From contig CBFDEM010000006.1 of assembly GCA_965603825.1 (NCBI GenBank), positions 239,936 through 303,935 on the forward strand: DNA of 64,000 nt. The letters are read 5' to 3'. The notes beneath the pieces were generated by a model. The model was not told where the DNA came from. It worked only from the letters and a program-made list of their open reading frames with translations, and searched no databases. The stretch is from Blepharisma stoltei ATCC 30299 (lineage: Eukaryota > Protista > Ciliophora). Position numbers and translations under genes: made by a program. Shown one piece after another: positions 1 to 11,429 of the stretch (the stretch's first letter is position 1; each line of letters begins with the position of its first letter).

Positions 1-92
1 AATCAAATGAAAAATTTTCTTTATAAAGCGATTGAATTTAATGCTGAAATAGAAAAGAATGATTAAAATAAATTTTATGAAAAATGAATAGA

Positions 93-632
93 TTAATCAA
101 GACGATGCCCTCTCCCTTCAAAATAATGAGGAGCTGAAGGTGGAGGTGGCTGGTAATTCCCTTGGTTTCTTTGATTCCAACTGCTATTCATTTCAAAGTT
201 TCCTCTGTTTTCTGTTATATAAATAGCTGCTTATATTTTACCTTTAACTTCTTTGTACGTCAAATAACAATAATACATACTAATAAGGTAAAAAGGGACT
301 TTTGTCAATAAAAATACTTCAAATAAGTGAGATCCTCCAAAACCTTGAGGTGAGCCGATCGAGTCCAATGTAAATAAAACAAGTGTAAGAAAATCTGTCA
401 GAGTGATAAGGATATAAATCACACAGTTGCACCAATTTCGGTACTTAATAATGAAATAAAGATTTAATGCTCCAATAAACATCATTATGCTGTTTCAGGG
501 ATTCCTGACAAGCTCCAAAACTGCGTAAATTATCTGAGCTGCAAAAATGTATTTCAGGATTTTGAAGAGCTTGGAGAGCTGCTGAGAATTGTTTTGCCCG
601 ATACTTCCATTGAAGTCAAAGCAGCATAACAT
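93..632 (-). CDS. Small multi-pass membrane protein with C-terminal SHP-box (p97/Cdc48-binding)-like motif; 15-nt intron 227-241
   Basis: ATG at 632, one in-frame TGA (Trp). Removing GTAAAATATAAGCAG (227-241) extends the ORF to ...PPPPSAPHYFEGRGHRLD-TAA; FEGRGHRL fits FxGxGxxL. Confidence 0.7.
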
Positions 633-823
633 TTTTTATTATTAATTATTTATGCTGCAGATTTAGATGTATATTTATTATGGCTTTCTAATAATTTTAA
701 AGCATTTTGATGCTGATATAATTTGGTTCTTTAATTATGTTAATGCAAACTAGATTTCTAAATAGAAAAAAATGAAATAATCTTCAATATGTATTTTAAT
801 TGGTATGCAAATAAACATAAAAT

Positions 824-1771
824 ATGAGAAATGTAAAGGGTTTTGACTTATTTAGAAAATCACTTGGCATCTCTGAGCAGACTTCATTAGGAGGAATAAT
901 CACGCTTATTGCATTCACTGCTATGGGCTTTTTATTTTCATCAGAGCTCTTTTACTATCTAGAGAATACCATCAATAAAGAAACCATGATCGATCAAGAT
1001 AGAGGTGCTAAATTGCTTCCAATAAATATAAACATTACTTTATACAGGGCTCCCTGCCTTACAGTAAGCTTAGATCAGCTAGATAGCTTAGGGAATCATG
1101 TTGTTGACGTTGGTGGTGCCTTAACAAAGACTCGTCTTGATAAAAACGGCAATCGAATATATGAGAAATTGCCTGAACTTAGTCAGAGCGCTGCAATAAA
1201 AATGACTGATGATGAAGAAGGTTGTGAGCTCTCAGGCAATTTCTCAGTGACCAAAACTCCTGGAAATTTTCATATAAGTTTTCATGCAGCACATGAAATT
1301 ATGATAAGGCTTCCATATCTGAATTTAAGGAAGCACAAATTAAGCCATCGCATTAATCATTTAAGTTTTGGAAAAGAACAAAAAAATCATTATATTTATT
1401 CAATTTTTGGCAATGGAGAACAGACAAACTTTGCTCCATATGATGGACTTGTAAAGAAGGATGTAGAAGGAAGCGTGATAAAGTATGAGTATAACATGAA
1501 AGTAATCCCAGTTCAGTATTATGATGAAGCGTCAGGGGAAGAGCTAAATAGTTACCAATATTCTATGGTTGGATCTTCTGAGCCACTTAATAATGGATTC
1601 GGAATTATTTATTTTAGATATGATGTGGATAGTGTAACTATGAGATACACAAGAGTCACGAAATCATTAACCAGCCTTCTTGTCTCAATGAGCGCCATCC
1701 TAGGAGGAATTTTTGCAGTCTTAGGGATCATTCATTCAGCAATGCAAGAAGCATTAAGGAAAACTAACTAA
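824..1771 (+). CDS. ER-Golgi intermediate compartment protein (Erv41/Erv46/ERGIC family)
   Basis: N-terminal FDLFRK...GGIITL TM, EGC..G...V.K.PGNFH, SHRINHLSFG, C-terminal AILGGIF TM. Confidence 0.92.
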   Translation: MRNVKGFDLFRKSLGISEQTSLGGIITLIAFTAMGFLFSSELFYYLENTINKETMIDQDRGAKLLPININITLYRAPCLTVSLDQLDSLGNHVVDVGGALTKTRLDKNGNRIYEKLPELSQSAAIKMTDDEEGCELSGNFSVTKTPGNFHISFHAAHEIMIRLPYLNLRKHKLSHRINHLSFGKEQKNHYIYSIFGNGEQTNFAPYDGLVKKDVEGSVIKYEYNMKVIPVQYYDEASGEELNSYQYSMVGSSEPLNNGFGIIYFRYDVDSVTMRYTRVTKSLTSLLVSMSAILGGIFAVLGIIHSAMQEALRKTN

Positions 1772-1820
1772 ATTTAATATTAGTTATTTAGCAAAAATTT
1801 CGTTGATAAAAGTATATAAA

Positions 1821-2918
1821 TTAAGAAAATATGTCTTCAAACACAGATTTTTCTTCATTTCTTATATGAGTTTGCATATCAATATTAAGCCAATCATTAG
1901 GGTGAGAGTGATTCATAGAATCAAAAGTCTGAGGCGATGAAAAGATGTCCATTTGAGGATTTAGATTTACGCCCATTAAAGAAGGATTTATAGAACTATC
2001 TTGTTGACTGGTGGAGAATACATTTTCTAAAGGATGAGGGGTTTCTATCAATTGCTGATGAGGAGAGCTTTGAATTTGGCTTGAAAACCCAAAGTCTGTT
2101 AGTAAATCTTGACTTTGACTGTACTTATGTGTTATTGGAGGAGGGGATTGAGAATTTGGACCTCTGCTTCCATTTTGTGGCAATTTCATAGCGAGGCTTT
2201 TGTTTGCGAATACAGGAGTGTGGCTAGGAAGTTTATCTGATATTTCAAAATTTGATGTTTTTGCTTTATTTTCAAACAAAGCTGTAAGTTTATTATCCCC
2301 TGTGCTTCTTTTCTCGGTATTTTCTTGTAAATTTTGTTTGGAATTTACACTAATCCCATTGCCAGCAGTAAAAAAATTATTACTCAGGTCGTTTGCATCT
2401 AATTCCAGAAAATCGCTCCCTAGTTCTTTTTTCACATTTTTACCTTCAACCACGTCAGAAACTTGGCTATTTTGTGCTTTACTATCCTCTACAGGCTTAC
2501 CAAATGTTTCTTTTGGGTATTCTCCTTGTGAGTTTTCTTTTTTAAAACCTGGATTAGGATAAGATCTATTTCATATTCTTTGCTGGTATAAGAAATTAAA
2601 TGAAAGACTGTCTACAAGGAGATCGGCGTCTGTCCGAGGATTATCAATAGTAATTACATGCTTGTTGTGGAAAAACCTGTATTGGAATACTCCTCCTATT
2701 GGTTTCATGCCAGTAAATAGCAGAGTCCTATCAAAGGTAACTCTTCGCTTATTTGTCAAAAATGAGCACTCGAGCTCAACGGTGTGCTCTTCTAAATCTA
2801 ATTCGAATTTTCAAATAAAGTGTTTTTTAGAACTAGGTGGATATTACCTTCGAAATTTTAGCCCAACTCCTTCAGATGATACGTGAAGCGGCTTGAAAGA
2901 CTGATCCATTTTGCTCAT
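1821..2918 (-). CDS. Protein with N-terminal FAIM1-like beta domain and low-complexity S/Q/P/F tail; 15-nt intron 2833-2847
   Basis: ATG 2918, intron GTAATATCCACCTAG and two TGA=Trp join ORFs 2571-2759 and 1821-2453. WKFELDLEEHTVELECSFLTNKRRVTFD resembles the FAIM1 domain. Confidence 0.65.
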
Positions 2919-3078
2919 TTTTAAATATATGATAATGACACTTTTTTTTTAGATTTTAATAGTAGCTAAATTGAATTTTAAGCAGTTTTTATATGCCATA
3001 AGCTGACTATTATTTAGTTTTAATAATTTCCAAGATAATTTATATTTATATAATCTAAAATCATATGGAAAATTTGTT

Positions 3079-3942
3079 TTATGCACGAATGTTAACTCGC
3101 TGAGATAAATTTACCATGGCTTCAGCTTCATCTTCATTCAGCTGATTTCCAGAAAGAAACACTTCTTTAAGACCTTTAAGTCTATCAACAATTTCTTTAA
3201 TTGTGCTTGCAGATTTCCCATCAATTTGGTTAAAAGCAAGTCCTAGTTTTTTAAGATTTCATAGTTCCGATATCCCTCCAGCCAAAATAGACAGTTGCTC
3301 CGTGTCAATTTTTGTTGAGTCCAGATAAAGTTCCTCAAGCCTTTCCAAAGTTTGTAAGGCAACTGATATATTTTGAGCCCCAGTTATTCCCAGAATATTT
3401 TGATGGATGCTTAGAATTTTCAGATTCTTTAAGTGTCTTAGTCCTTTAGCTAAATATGAAAAGCCCACTTCTGTGATGTTATTTTCTTCTATTGAAAGCT
3501 GCTGAAGACGCAGCAAGTTTGGAAGGCATTTTGTTATGTATTTTATCCCTGAGTCTCCTAAATTTGTCCTTCATAAATTAAGCTTGTAGAGATCTGGACA
3601 GTAAGGCAAAATGACACTTAAAAACTTTGCTTGTTTCGCATTGATTGCTCTAAATTTGAATGAAACTTCTTGGACGTTTCTTGGCTCGCCATTTAAGACC
3701 TCTAGATAAATCAATAAGATTTCTGGGTCTATTTCAGACTTATGAAGCCTATAAAATGATTTGAGAAGTGATTTGCTTGAGTCATTGATATAATTCATGT
3801 TTTTTCGTGATGGTTTTGGTGCAGCTTGAGCTATTTGGGGCTGGGGCGTTGTTTTATATGCACTGTAGTCTGGAGCTTTCTTGGCAACCTTACTAGAATT
3901 TGTATCTTGGTAATCTAAGCAATAAGATCTGCAAATACCCAT
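3079..3942 (-). CDS. RNI-like leucine-rich-repeat protein (287 aa), possibly N-acylated (MGICRSYC)
   Basis: ORFs 3571-3942 and 3259-3516 are in one frame joined by TGA=Trp; LxxLxLxxNxI repeats; TAA at 3079-3081. Confidence 0.85.
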
Positions 3943-4168
3943 TTTTTATTAGAAAAGAAGTCTGATTAATTTTAAAAAATTATTAGATTAGAAAAATGAG
4001 AAATAAGATAGTTTTAGGCTAAATAAAATTATATTTATAATATTATTTATACCCAAATCAATAGTGCTTATGCTTTTAAATTTATTTTAAAAACATTAAT
4101 TGGGGTTATTTATATTTTAAATGAGAATTATAAAATTTTCAAAAGCAAAGCCCCAATAAAAATAAGTG

Positions 4169-4894
4169 ATGAAATTCCAAGATTCCCAATCCCAACCTGA
4201 AGATTCTCCCTCTACAGATAATGATAATCCCGAACTCAAAAAAATTAGCATTGATAAGCAACCTTCCAATGGCATTAAATACACGCCCAGGCTAAAAAAA
4301 GAAAAAATTCCTCAGATGATTGACGAAGTCCTAAGCAACTTAAACCCTGATGTTTTAAAAAATAAATCTTTATCACTTTGTGGAACTAGCGAACAATCTT
4401 CTACTGAATTATCCTTCGATAATGATAAGCCAATCCAAATTGGACGTGAAACTCTCTTTACTTCAACTTTACTTAATTCTGCTTTAGCCAAGAAAAATAA
4501 ATCACAAAAGCCAAAATATTCAGATGCATTGTTTAATGGTAATCCCAAGCCAAAAAATATCCCAAAGAAGACAGCATTAAATCCTTTTTCGAATATAAGA
4601 AAAAGCACAAAAAAGTTTGAGAGACCTAAGCTAACTGTTACAACTAATTCTGGGTATGATCCAAAAGATATTTTGAAAGAAATGCTAGTTAAAAGAGCTA
4701 GAATGAAAAATGAGCCCATAGTTAACACTTGGGGTGGCTTGAATGAATGGTATGAGGTTGATGAAAATTCTAGTAAGAACCAGAAGAGAAAAAATCAGGC
4801 AAATGGAAAAAATGTGTGAGAAGAGACAATTTGGTGGGAAGTTAATGGACACAAAAAACTTAAAACTTCTGTAAGTGAAGATGATATGAAATAA
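4169..4894 (+). CDS. Hypothetical K/S/N-rich protein (241 aa)
   Basis: ORF continues through TGA 4817-4819 to TAA 4892-4894; Trp-rich C-terminus. Confidence 0.6.
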
Positions 4895-5061
4895 AAATAA
4901 TGTTTAATTTATGCACTTCTTTTTAAATTGCAAGTAATTCTTAATTTTGATTTTCAGAAGCATATAATAAATCTAAAACATTTACACATTTTATACTTAT
5001 ATTTTATTATAAATTCAAAAGAATAGGTATTTTTCTTTTATTCAATTTGAATAATAGCTCA

Positions 5062-5781
5062 ATGACATTAAATAAATTTACCCTCTTATGTTTATTACTT
5101 GAACTTGCATTAGGAAACGATTTAGAATTCAAGCTGCAAGAAATTCCTAGCCCTTATTGTAAAAACTCATGCAGTTTTTCTGAAGAATATCTAAATCTTA
5201 TCACTTTTACAGTCTTAGCTCGCATAAGGCCTTCAGATAAACGCTACAAAACGTTTTTATCAGCTCTTAAGCTAATGATAGATCGCAATTCTTATAGACT
5301 TATAGAAACTGGCTCATACCGAGCATCAGATGATAAATTTTGTGTCCGAGACGGGTGTGGAACATTAATTTTTTCTCAATTTGCTTTTCTTACTGACAGA
5401 GAATTTACCTCAATTGATATAGATCAAGAAACAGTTGAGATATCAAGAGAAGCTGTCAGTTTTTTTGGGGATAATACAAGATTGATTTGAAGTGATAGCA
5501 TTGAATATTTGTCAAAAATCAATGAAACAATCGACTTTCTATATCTTGATAGTTTTGACTATGACGAAAATAGCCCTGAGCTCTCTCAAGAGCATCATTT
5601 AGTCGAAATTATGGAAACATATAATAAACTACATAAGGATTCTATTATATTGCTTGATGATTGCAATTTACCTTATGAAGGAAAGTGCAAGCTTGTAGGA
5701 GAATTTTTAGTTGAAAATGGTTGAGAAAAGGTAATGGATGAGTATCAAAGAATTTACCTTCATAAAGATAGCTTTCTTTAA
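5062..5781 (+). CDS. Class I SAM-dependent methyltransferase-like protein with predicted signal peptide (239 aa)
   Basis: LIETGS (motif I), FTSIDID, IDFLYLDS, IILLDD; ORFs 5047-5490 and 5509-5724 joined by TGA=Trp; hydrophobic N-terminus. Confidence 0.8.
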
Positions 5782-5912
5782 TAATATAAAATACTTAATA
5801 AATGGAGTTCAAAAATATCGGAGTATACAAGTTGATTGAATTTTAAATTGGTTTTCTTATTGGTGGTTTTTCAAATGTATAATTATAGGGGGCTAGCATA
5901 CCTTATATTTAA

Positions 5913-6584
5913 ATGATGTCAGATGCCAACGAAATTACTGATTTTTCTGAGTTACCTCACAAGAAAATAAAGCTTGAACCCACAGAAATTAATTCCAATG
6001 ATGAGATAAGAATACCTGCCAACGTATCTGATTTAAACGAAAACTCCGAAACCGCTTCGTCCTCTAACCCACAAGAAGAAGTAAAAGCTTTAAATGACAT
6101 TAAAAGAGAAGAAAATAGCTTAGAAGATTATGGAGACATAAAAAGGGGCTCAATTTGGCTGGGGACTTTTTGCAATAAGCTCCATGGCTCAGTAGCTTGC
6201 ACTTATATGATAAAATCGTCTAATGGTAAAGTTCTTGAGCAGATGACGAATATTTATTACAAAAAATCCAAAGCTTTGTCAGTAATAAAACACTTAAGGA
6301 GAGCCATAAAAGTCTGTGGCCGTCGGTCGATGGTCCATATTGACATATGTACAGACAATGACGTAGTTTTTACCAATTTTGACAAGTTTAAGAAGCTGAA
6401 TCCACAGTTATTAGAGGAAAGAATGAAGACAAGTGATTTATTTGCCAAATTTAATATGACTCATAAGTTTAAATGAGTTTTTAAGCCTGCTAATGTAGAA
6501 GCAAATAAAATTGCTAGAGAAGAGTTTGAAAAAAGAGATAAAGAAGAGTTGTCTGACTATTCTGCACATGAGACTAATCCATAA
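5913..6584 (+). CDS. RNase H-like fold protein, degenerate active site (paralogue 1, 223 aa)
   Basis: IDICTDND and FKWVFKPANVEANKIARE resemble the RNase HI-type .TD and W..R..N..AD.LA segments; TGA=Trp at 6474; acidic disordered N-terminus. Confidence 0.6.
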
Positions 6585-6802
6585 TAGGAAAATAATTAAT
6601 TTTTGATTAGTGTCATTTGCTATATAACTTTTCTAACCTTTAAAACTTTTTAAAAAGAGCATATCATGCTAAAACTTATATAAAATAAAAAAATGAGATA
6701 ATTCAAGACGTACTTGATATGCTTACTGAATGATGGTCGCTATTATATTTATAATGCATAGTTTAAGATAAGAATAATATTGGAGATTGCATATATAAAA
6801 AT

Positions 6803-6886
6803 AGTTTTTGCGCCAGGAGAGGTCTTGAATTTCCAACACCCGAGGGACTTGAATATATAAACGAAGTATCTCCTTAGCTTAGAACT
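6803..6886 (-). ncRNA. Novel ~80-nt structured RNA family, copy A (most divergent)
   Basis: AGUU-CUAA-GCUAAGGAGAUACUUC...CCCUCGGG...ACCUCUCCUGGCGC-AA-AACU, followed by T5 (6797-6801); upstream element at 6938-6951. Confidence 0.75.
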
Positions 6887-6937
6887 GAATATATATATTC
6901 ATTTTAATTTAAATAATAAGCTTATTATCTTTATTTT

Positions 6938-6951
6938 TATTATGGGATAAG
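6938..6951 (-). promoter_or_regulatory. Upstream sequence element (TATCCCATAAT) of RNA copy A; equivalents at 7573-7586, 8152-8165 and 23118-23128 (TGTCCCTTAA)
   Basis: CCC core lies at -57 to -60 from the inferred 5' end in four copies despite divergent flanks; TTTATAAA at about -21 to -29 in copies B, C, D. Confidence 0.65.
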
Positions 6952-7440
6952 AAATCTACACTTTAAAAATATGGAACTATGATTATTAGAGCATCTATGT
7001 GGCTTTAAATGACTAAATCCTATTATTAGTTACCTTAGTCAGAATAGGATTTAATTATAATTAAGAAATGCTGAAATATTTTAACGAAGCTATAACGTCT
7101 TAAATAAATATCACCAGAAGATCAGCAAAATTCACTGATCTCAGGGATTCATAGAGCTGAACTTTCCACCTTAGATTGCTTGAAATAATTGTAAAAGATA
7201 ATGCTAATTACTTAAACCGATAATAGCAAGTCTACTAGCATTTTATTTTCATCTAAGGATATCAGACAGATCAGATTATTATGAGCTTCTTTATATTTAA
7301 GATAAGATCATGCTATTAAAACTCTAAAATTGCATTTTTGAACTCTGCATACTAGAGCAATATCACTCTGAACAGCAAGGCACAGGCCTTTAGAATCTAA
7401 GTAATTTTCAATCTTTTAATAGCTAAAAGGGCAGATAAAA

Positions 7441-7522
7441 AGCTATTGCGCCAGGAGAGGTAAGTTAAGCCCGAAGGCATTGATCTTGAATAAATTCAGA
7501 AGTATCTCCTTAGCATTGAACC
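7441..7522 (-). ncRNA. Novel ~80-nt structured RNA family, copy B
   Basis: GGUUCAAUGCUAAGGAGAUACUUCUGAAUUUAUUCAAGAUCAAUGCCUUCGGGCUUAACUUACCUCUCCUGGCGCAAUAGCU followed by a T-run. Confidence 0.8.
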
Positions 7523-8019
7523 ATCTATAATTATCCCAACCCTTTATAAATTTTAATGAATTTAATGAATTTTATTATGGGATAAGTAAATATTGATGCA
7601 TCTGATAAAAGTGGATATCTAATAATCAGGAGTTATTTATAATCAAGAAATGTTGAAATATTTAGCGGACGTAATGTCCTAAATAAATATCAGCAGAAGG
7701 TCAGCATAAATCACTAATCTTAGGATTCATAGAGCTGAGCTTTCCACCTTAGATTGCTAGACATAATTGTAAAAGATCATGCTAAATACTTAAACCCATA
7801 ATAACAATCTACTAGCATTTTATTTTTATTCTAAGGATATCAGATCAGATCAGATTATTATGAACTTCTTTATATTTAAGATAAGATCATGCTATTAAAA
7901 CTCTAAAATTGCATTTTTGAACTCTGCATACTAGAGCAATATCACTCTGAACAGCAAGGTACAGACCTTTAGAATCTAAGTAATTTTCAATCTTTTAATA
8001 GCTAAAAGGGCAGATAAAA

Positions 8020-8101
8020 AGCTATTGCGCCAGGAGAGGTAAGTTAAGCCCGAAGGCATTGATCTTGAATAAATTCAGAAGTATCTCCTTAGCATTGAGC
8101 C
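8020..8101 (-). ncRNA. Novel ~80-nt structured RNA family, copy C
   Basis: Identical to B except 5' GGCU (U-G pair becomes C-G in the terminal stem). Confidence 0.8.
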
Positions 8102-8295
8102 ATCCATAATTATCCCAACTCTTTATAAATTTTAATGAATTTAATGAATTTTATTATGGGATAAGTAACTATTAACGCATCTAATAAAAGTGGGTATCTT
8201 ATAATAGGAGTAATTTATATTGAAAGGCTAATAAATTTAGCATTGAAATTATTTATAAATAGAAATTACTATTTTATTCGCACTTAATATATAAA

Positions 8296-9027
8296 TTATA
8301 GGCTTCCTTCTAATTCATTTTTTTCTTCTTCATTAGAAGACGCAGAAGATTCATCAGATTCATTCTTAACTAATCTCTCAAACTCATCTCTAGCAATCTT
8401 AATGGCCTCCGCATTGGCGACTTTCAGCACCCATCTTCATTTGCAAGTCATTCCCAAGCGGCTTAAAAGTCCATTAGTTTTTAATCTTTGCTGATACAAC
8501 TGATTAATCCATTTTCAAACTTTATCAAAAGTCCCAAAAATTTTATCGTCGTCTGTATACATATCAATATGAGTTATTGACTTCTGATGGCATCGCTTCA
8601 CTGCTCTTCTAATATGTTTCAATAAGGATAATGCTCGCGATTTTTTGTAGTAAATATTCGTTACCTTATCGATAATCTCATTATTGGGAGATTTTATTAA
8701 ATAAGTGCAAGCTATTGGACCTTGGAGCTTTTTCATATAATATGCGAGATATACAGAGCAGGTTTTTATGTATTTTGATATGTCTTCGTCTTCTTTTTTT
8801 ATAGGAGGAGGGAGATCTTTAGAGGTTTTTCGGTCTGAAGCATCAAGTTCTTCAATGACGCTTGAATTTGACGAGTCGGAATCGCTAAGGTCTAAAATTT
8901 CTTTGCTGGGGTGTTTTTCATGAATTGGCTCTGTAGGCTCGATTTTTGTTTTCTTTTGTGGAGCACCAGGGCTTGGATGGTAAATTTCATCGAAGATTTT
9001 TCGCTTTGAAAATTTACTATTATTAGA
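8296..9027 (-). CDS. RNase H-like fold protein, paralogue 2 (start codon not identified)
   Basis: Open frame with TGA=Trp, closely similar to 5913-6584 (ACTYLIKS..TNIYYKKSRAL..KHIRRAVK..HIDMYTDDD..WVLKVANAEAIKIARDEF); no in-frame ATG before the N-terminal part. Confidence 0.6.
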
Positions 9028-9113
9028 TAAAAATTAATACAAATCACAGAATTTAAATTTGATAAGATTTAGCTTGCTCTGGGGGCTTAGAAACTTTAAA
9101 TATAAGGTAAATT

Positions 9114-9854
9114 ATGATGGAAAGATTGCAATCAGAAAACAACCAAAAAAAGAGTTCAGACGATATCTCTTTGCCTGCAAAAAGAATGCACCCTGAAGTC
9201 CTCATAGATGCATCAGAAACACTCAATCGAAGACAAAAACTTGACCCTGAAAATAAAAATCGAGGCTATTATATTCCCAGGGTGTGCATACCAGTAATCA
9301 TTTCAACCAAAGAAAACCCATATAAAGCAGCCACTGCAAAAAAACAATCCAGTAGCTCTGAATTCTCTAATAATCCCTCACAAGCAGCCAAAACCATCTC
9401 AAAAGATAAGTCTGAATTAGTCGATTTAACAGAAGATTACCCATCAATGCCTAAACAGCCCGCACCAATCGAGAAAAAATTAGATTTTAGTACTCCAACA
9501 ATAAGCAAAGTCGTCATGAATAATATAGAAGCGTCAGAAACCCTCAAAATTCCTCAAAATACATTGGAAGAAAATAATCCTGACGATAGAATGGACATTG
9601 AGAGTGATACTGAAATAGAAAATTATAAAAATTTAAGAGTGACTGTATATGAAGACACTAGGACTGTGCTTGATAAGGATGAATTATTTAATCTTTGTGC
9701 TGAAAATCGCGTTTTAGAACGCTTTGATAAACTTGTGAAGAAATGCAGAGAAATTACTAATAATAAAAGACTTGAAGCAGCAGATGTGCTAAGGATTTTA
9801 ATGGGAAACGATGGAGATACCAAAGATACGCTGCAGTATTTTGGTTATAAGTAA
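9114..9854 (+). CDS. Hypothetical protein (246 aa), small helical C-terminal domain
   Basis: Uninterrupted ORF ending in TAA. Confidence 0.7.
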   Translation: MMERLQSENNQKKSSDDISLPAKRMHPEVLIDASETLNRRQKLDPENKNRGYYIPRVCIPVIISTKENPYKAATAKKQSSSSEFSNNPSQAAKTISKDKSELVDLTEDYPSMPKQPAPIEKKLDFSTPTISKVVMNNIEASETLKIPQNTLEENNPDDRMDIESDTEIENYKNLRVTVYEDTRTVLDKDELFNLCAENRVLERFDKLVKKCREITNNKRLEAADVLRILMGNDGDTKDTLQYFGYK

Positions 9855-9939
9855 TTTATGATAATTTAAATTGTTCGAAATTCTCCATATAATCTTAAAA
9901 AATTTGCTTTAAACCGAGACCTAATTTTATTAATAACAA

Positions 9940-10755
9940 TTAATTCATCAGCTGTGCAAACTGTGCTTCATTATAATCAACTTCTAAAAGATTTACAACC
10001 ATTTGATTCGCTTTTTCTTCCATTATTTGCTCTTCCTTTTGTTTCTTTATTTTGTCTTTCAGCACTAAAATCTGATTCATTGCTTCATTCACACTATTTT
10101 TCACCCCGTCCATATTAAATTCAGCAGGCTTTCAATCAAACAATATATCAGGCACTGCAGGAATATTTGTCTGTATTTTCTTCAAATTTTCCTTAATTTG
10201 ATTTGAAAAATCAATAATTTTTTTCCCTTCTTCAAGTGGATAGAATGTATTTACTACATTTATCACGTAGCCTGGGTCCATATTTGGTGTGTTTGGCATA
10301 TAGCTTTGCAGATTTTTGTCTTTCCTTACATAGGATTTTGCTAGACAAGAGAAAGTACTTTTTTCTGTTCCTGAGCAATTTATTAGTTTGACTTCAGATT
10401 TTTGAAGCAAATTTTTAGAGCCTGCAATTAAATCATCGAGGAAATTTGAGGTAAAAAAGCTAAGTTCAGGTAGATAGTAATTGGATTCGTTAAGCTTTTT
10501 GTAAACGAGCTCTTTGGAGAGCTTAAGTCTTTTGATGTAATCTGAAAAGTTTACGACGAGGGAGGAATCGTAAATATGCCTAATTCTTGGGGTATGGAAA
10601 AAGTCATGGAGATTTTGGATTGGAGTTTCGTCTCAGGCGAAGTCTTGAGCAGTTTCAACGTACTTGCCTAAAGCTTTATTCATTTCGAAGCGTATCATCT
10701 TGGAGAGATCATCTTTAAAAGAGTGTAAAAAGTTCTTTAATTCTTCACTGTTCAT
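9940..10755 (-). CDS. Hypothetical protein (271 aa) with C-terminal coiled coil
   Basis: ATG 10755, two TGA=Trp, includes ORF 10132-10410, TAA at 9940-9942. Confidence 0.65.
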
Positions 10756-11429
10756 TTATTTTTATATAAGTCCCCTCAATTTTGAATATTTAAAGGATCT
10801 ATCTTATCTTATTAAATCTCGCCGTAAATTGGTCATTGAGATCTTTATATAATAGCTTTGAGATTTTTCCTTCTCCTTTTCATGCAGCTCTGCTGCATGC
10901 TCCCATCTTTTGCTTTCCATTTATTGGTTCTTAACTTCTATATCCTGGTTTTAAAGTATCTCCCGCGTTTATCAATCTGAAATTTCATCACTATTCATGT
11001 CTCCTCTTCTCTTAATTCTTTTGTAGAGCAATTTTCTTTTTCACCCTTAATTGACTATATCATATTTAACCTTCAATAAGGTCTTGGCTTTTTAATACTT
11101 CTCAAACACCCTAATCTCTTCCTATGTCTTCGATATATAATCTCATAGTCACCTGAAAATGTCTTATTATCCCTCATCACTGCTCAAAATTGATCAAAAA
11201 ATAAAGTCGCATTACCCGTATTTCATCAAGACCTATGAAGTTTTATTAAAATAAAAGTAGGATAAATATAATAAATAATGTCGTGTTTAAAGATATTTAT
11301 AAATTACATTTAGTTCACACAAATTATTAATTAATTGATTATAGTGAAAAAATAAAATATTATTTTGTGATAAAAATTATTTAAAATTATTTTTATTAAA
11401 AATTGGGGCATTATAAAAATATTATAAAA

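Larger units (their letters stand above)
7063..8222. repeat. Tandem duplication of a ~580-bp unit, each unit carrying one RNA gene (B, C)
   Basis: 7063-7644 and 7645-8222 are near-identical; B-to-C spacing is 579 bp. Confidence 0.9.

Noticed and set aside
2200-2562. Antisense/overlapping ORFs (2200-2562, 4312-4728, 23861-24106, 40695-41021 and similar)
   Set aside because: Shadows of real genes on the other strand or frame.
6810-6880. Glycine riboswitch, glmS or pistol ribozyme reading of the repeat on the GCGCCAGGAGAG...CCGAAGG strand
   Set aside because: Only short motif coincidences; required partner motifs (e.g. CUCUCAGG, pseudoknots) are missing, and wobble pairs, UUCG loop and T-run favour the opposite strand.
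6797-8222. CRISPR-like repeat-spacer array
   Set aside because: Spacers are ~500 bp and duplicated; eukaryotic context; no cas genes.
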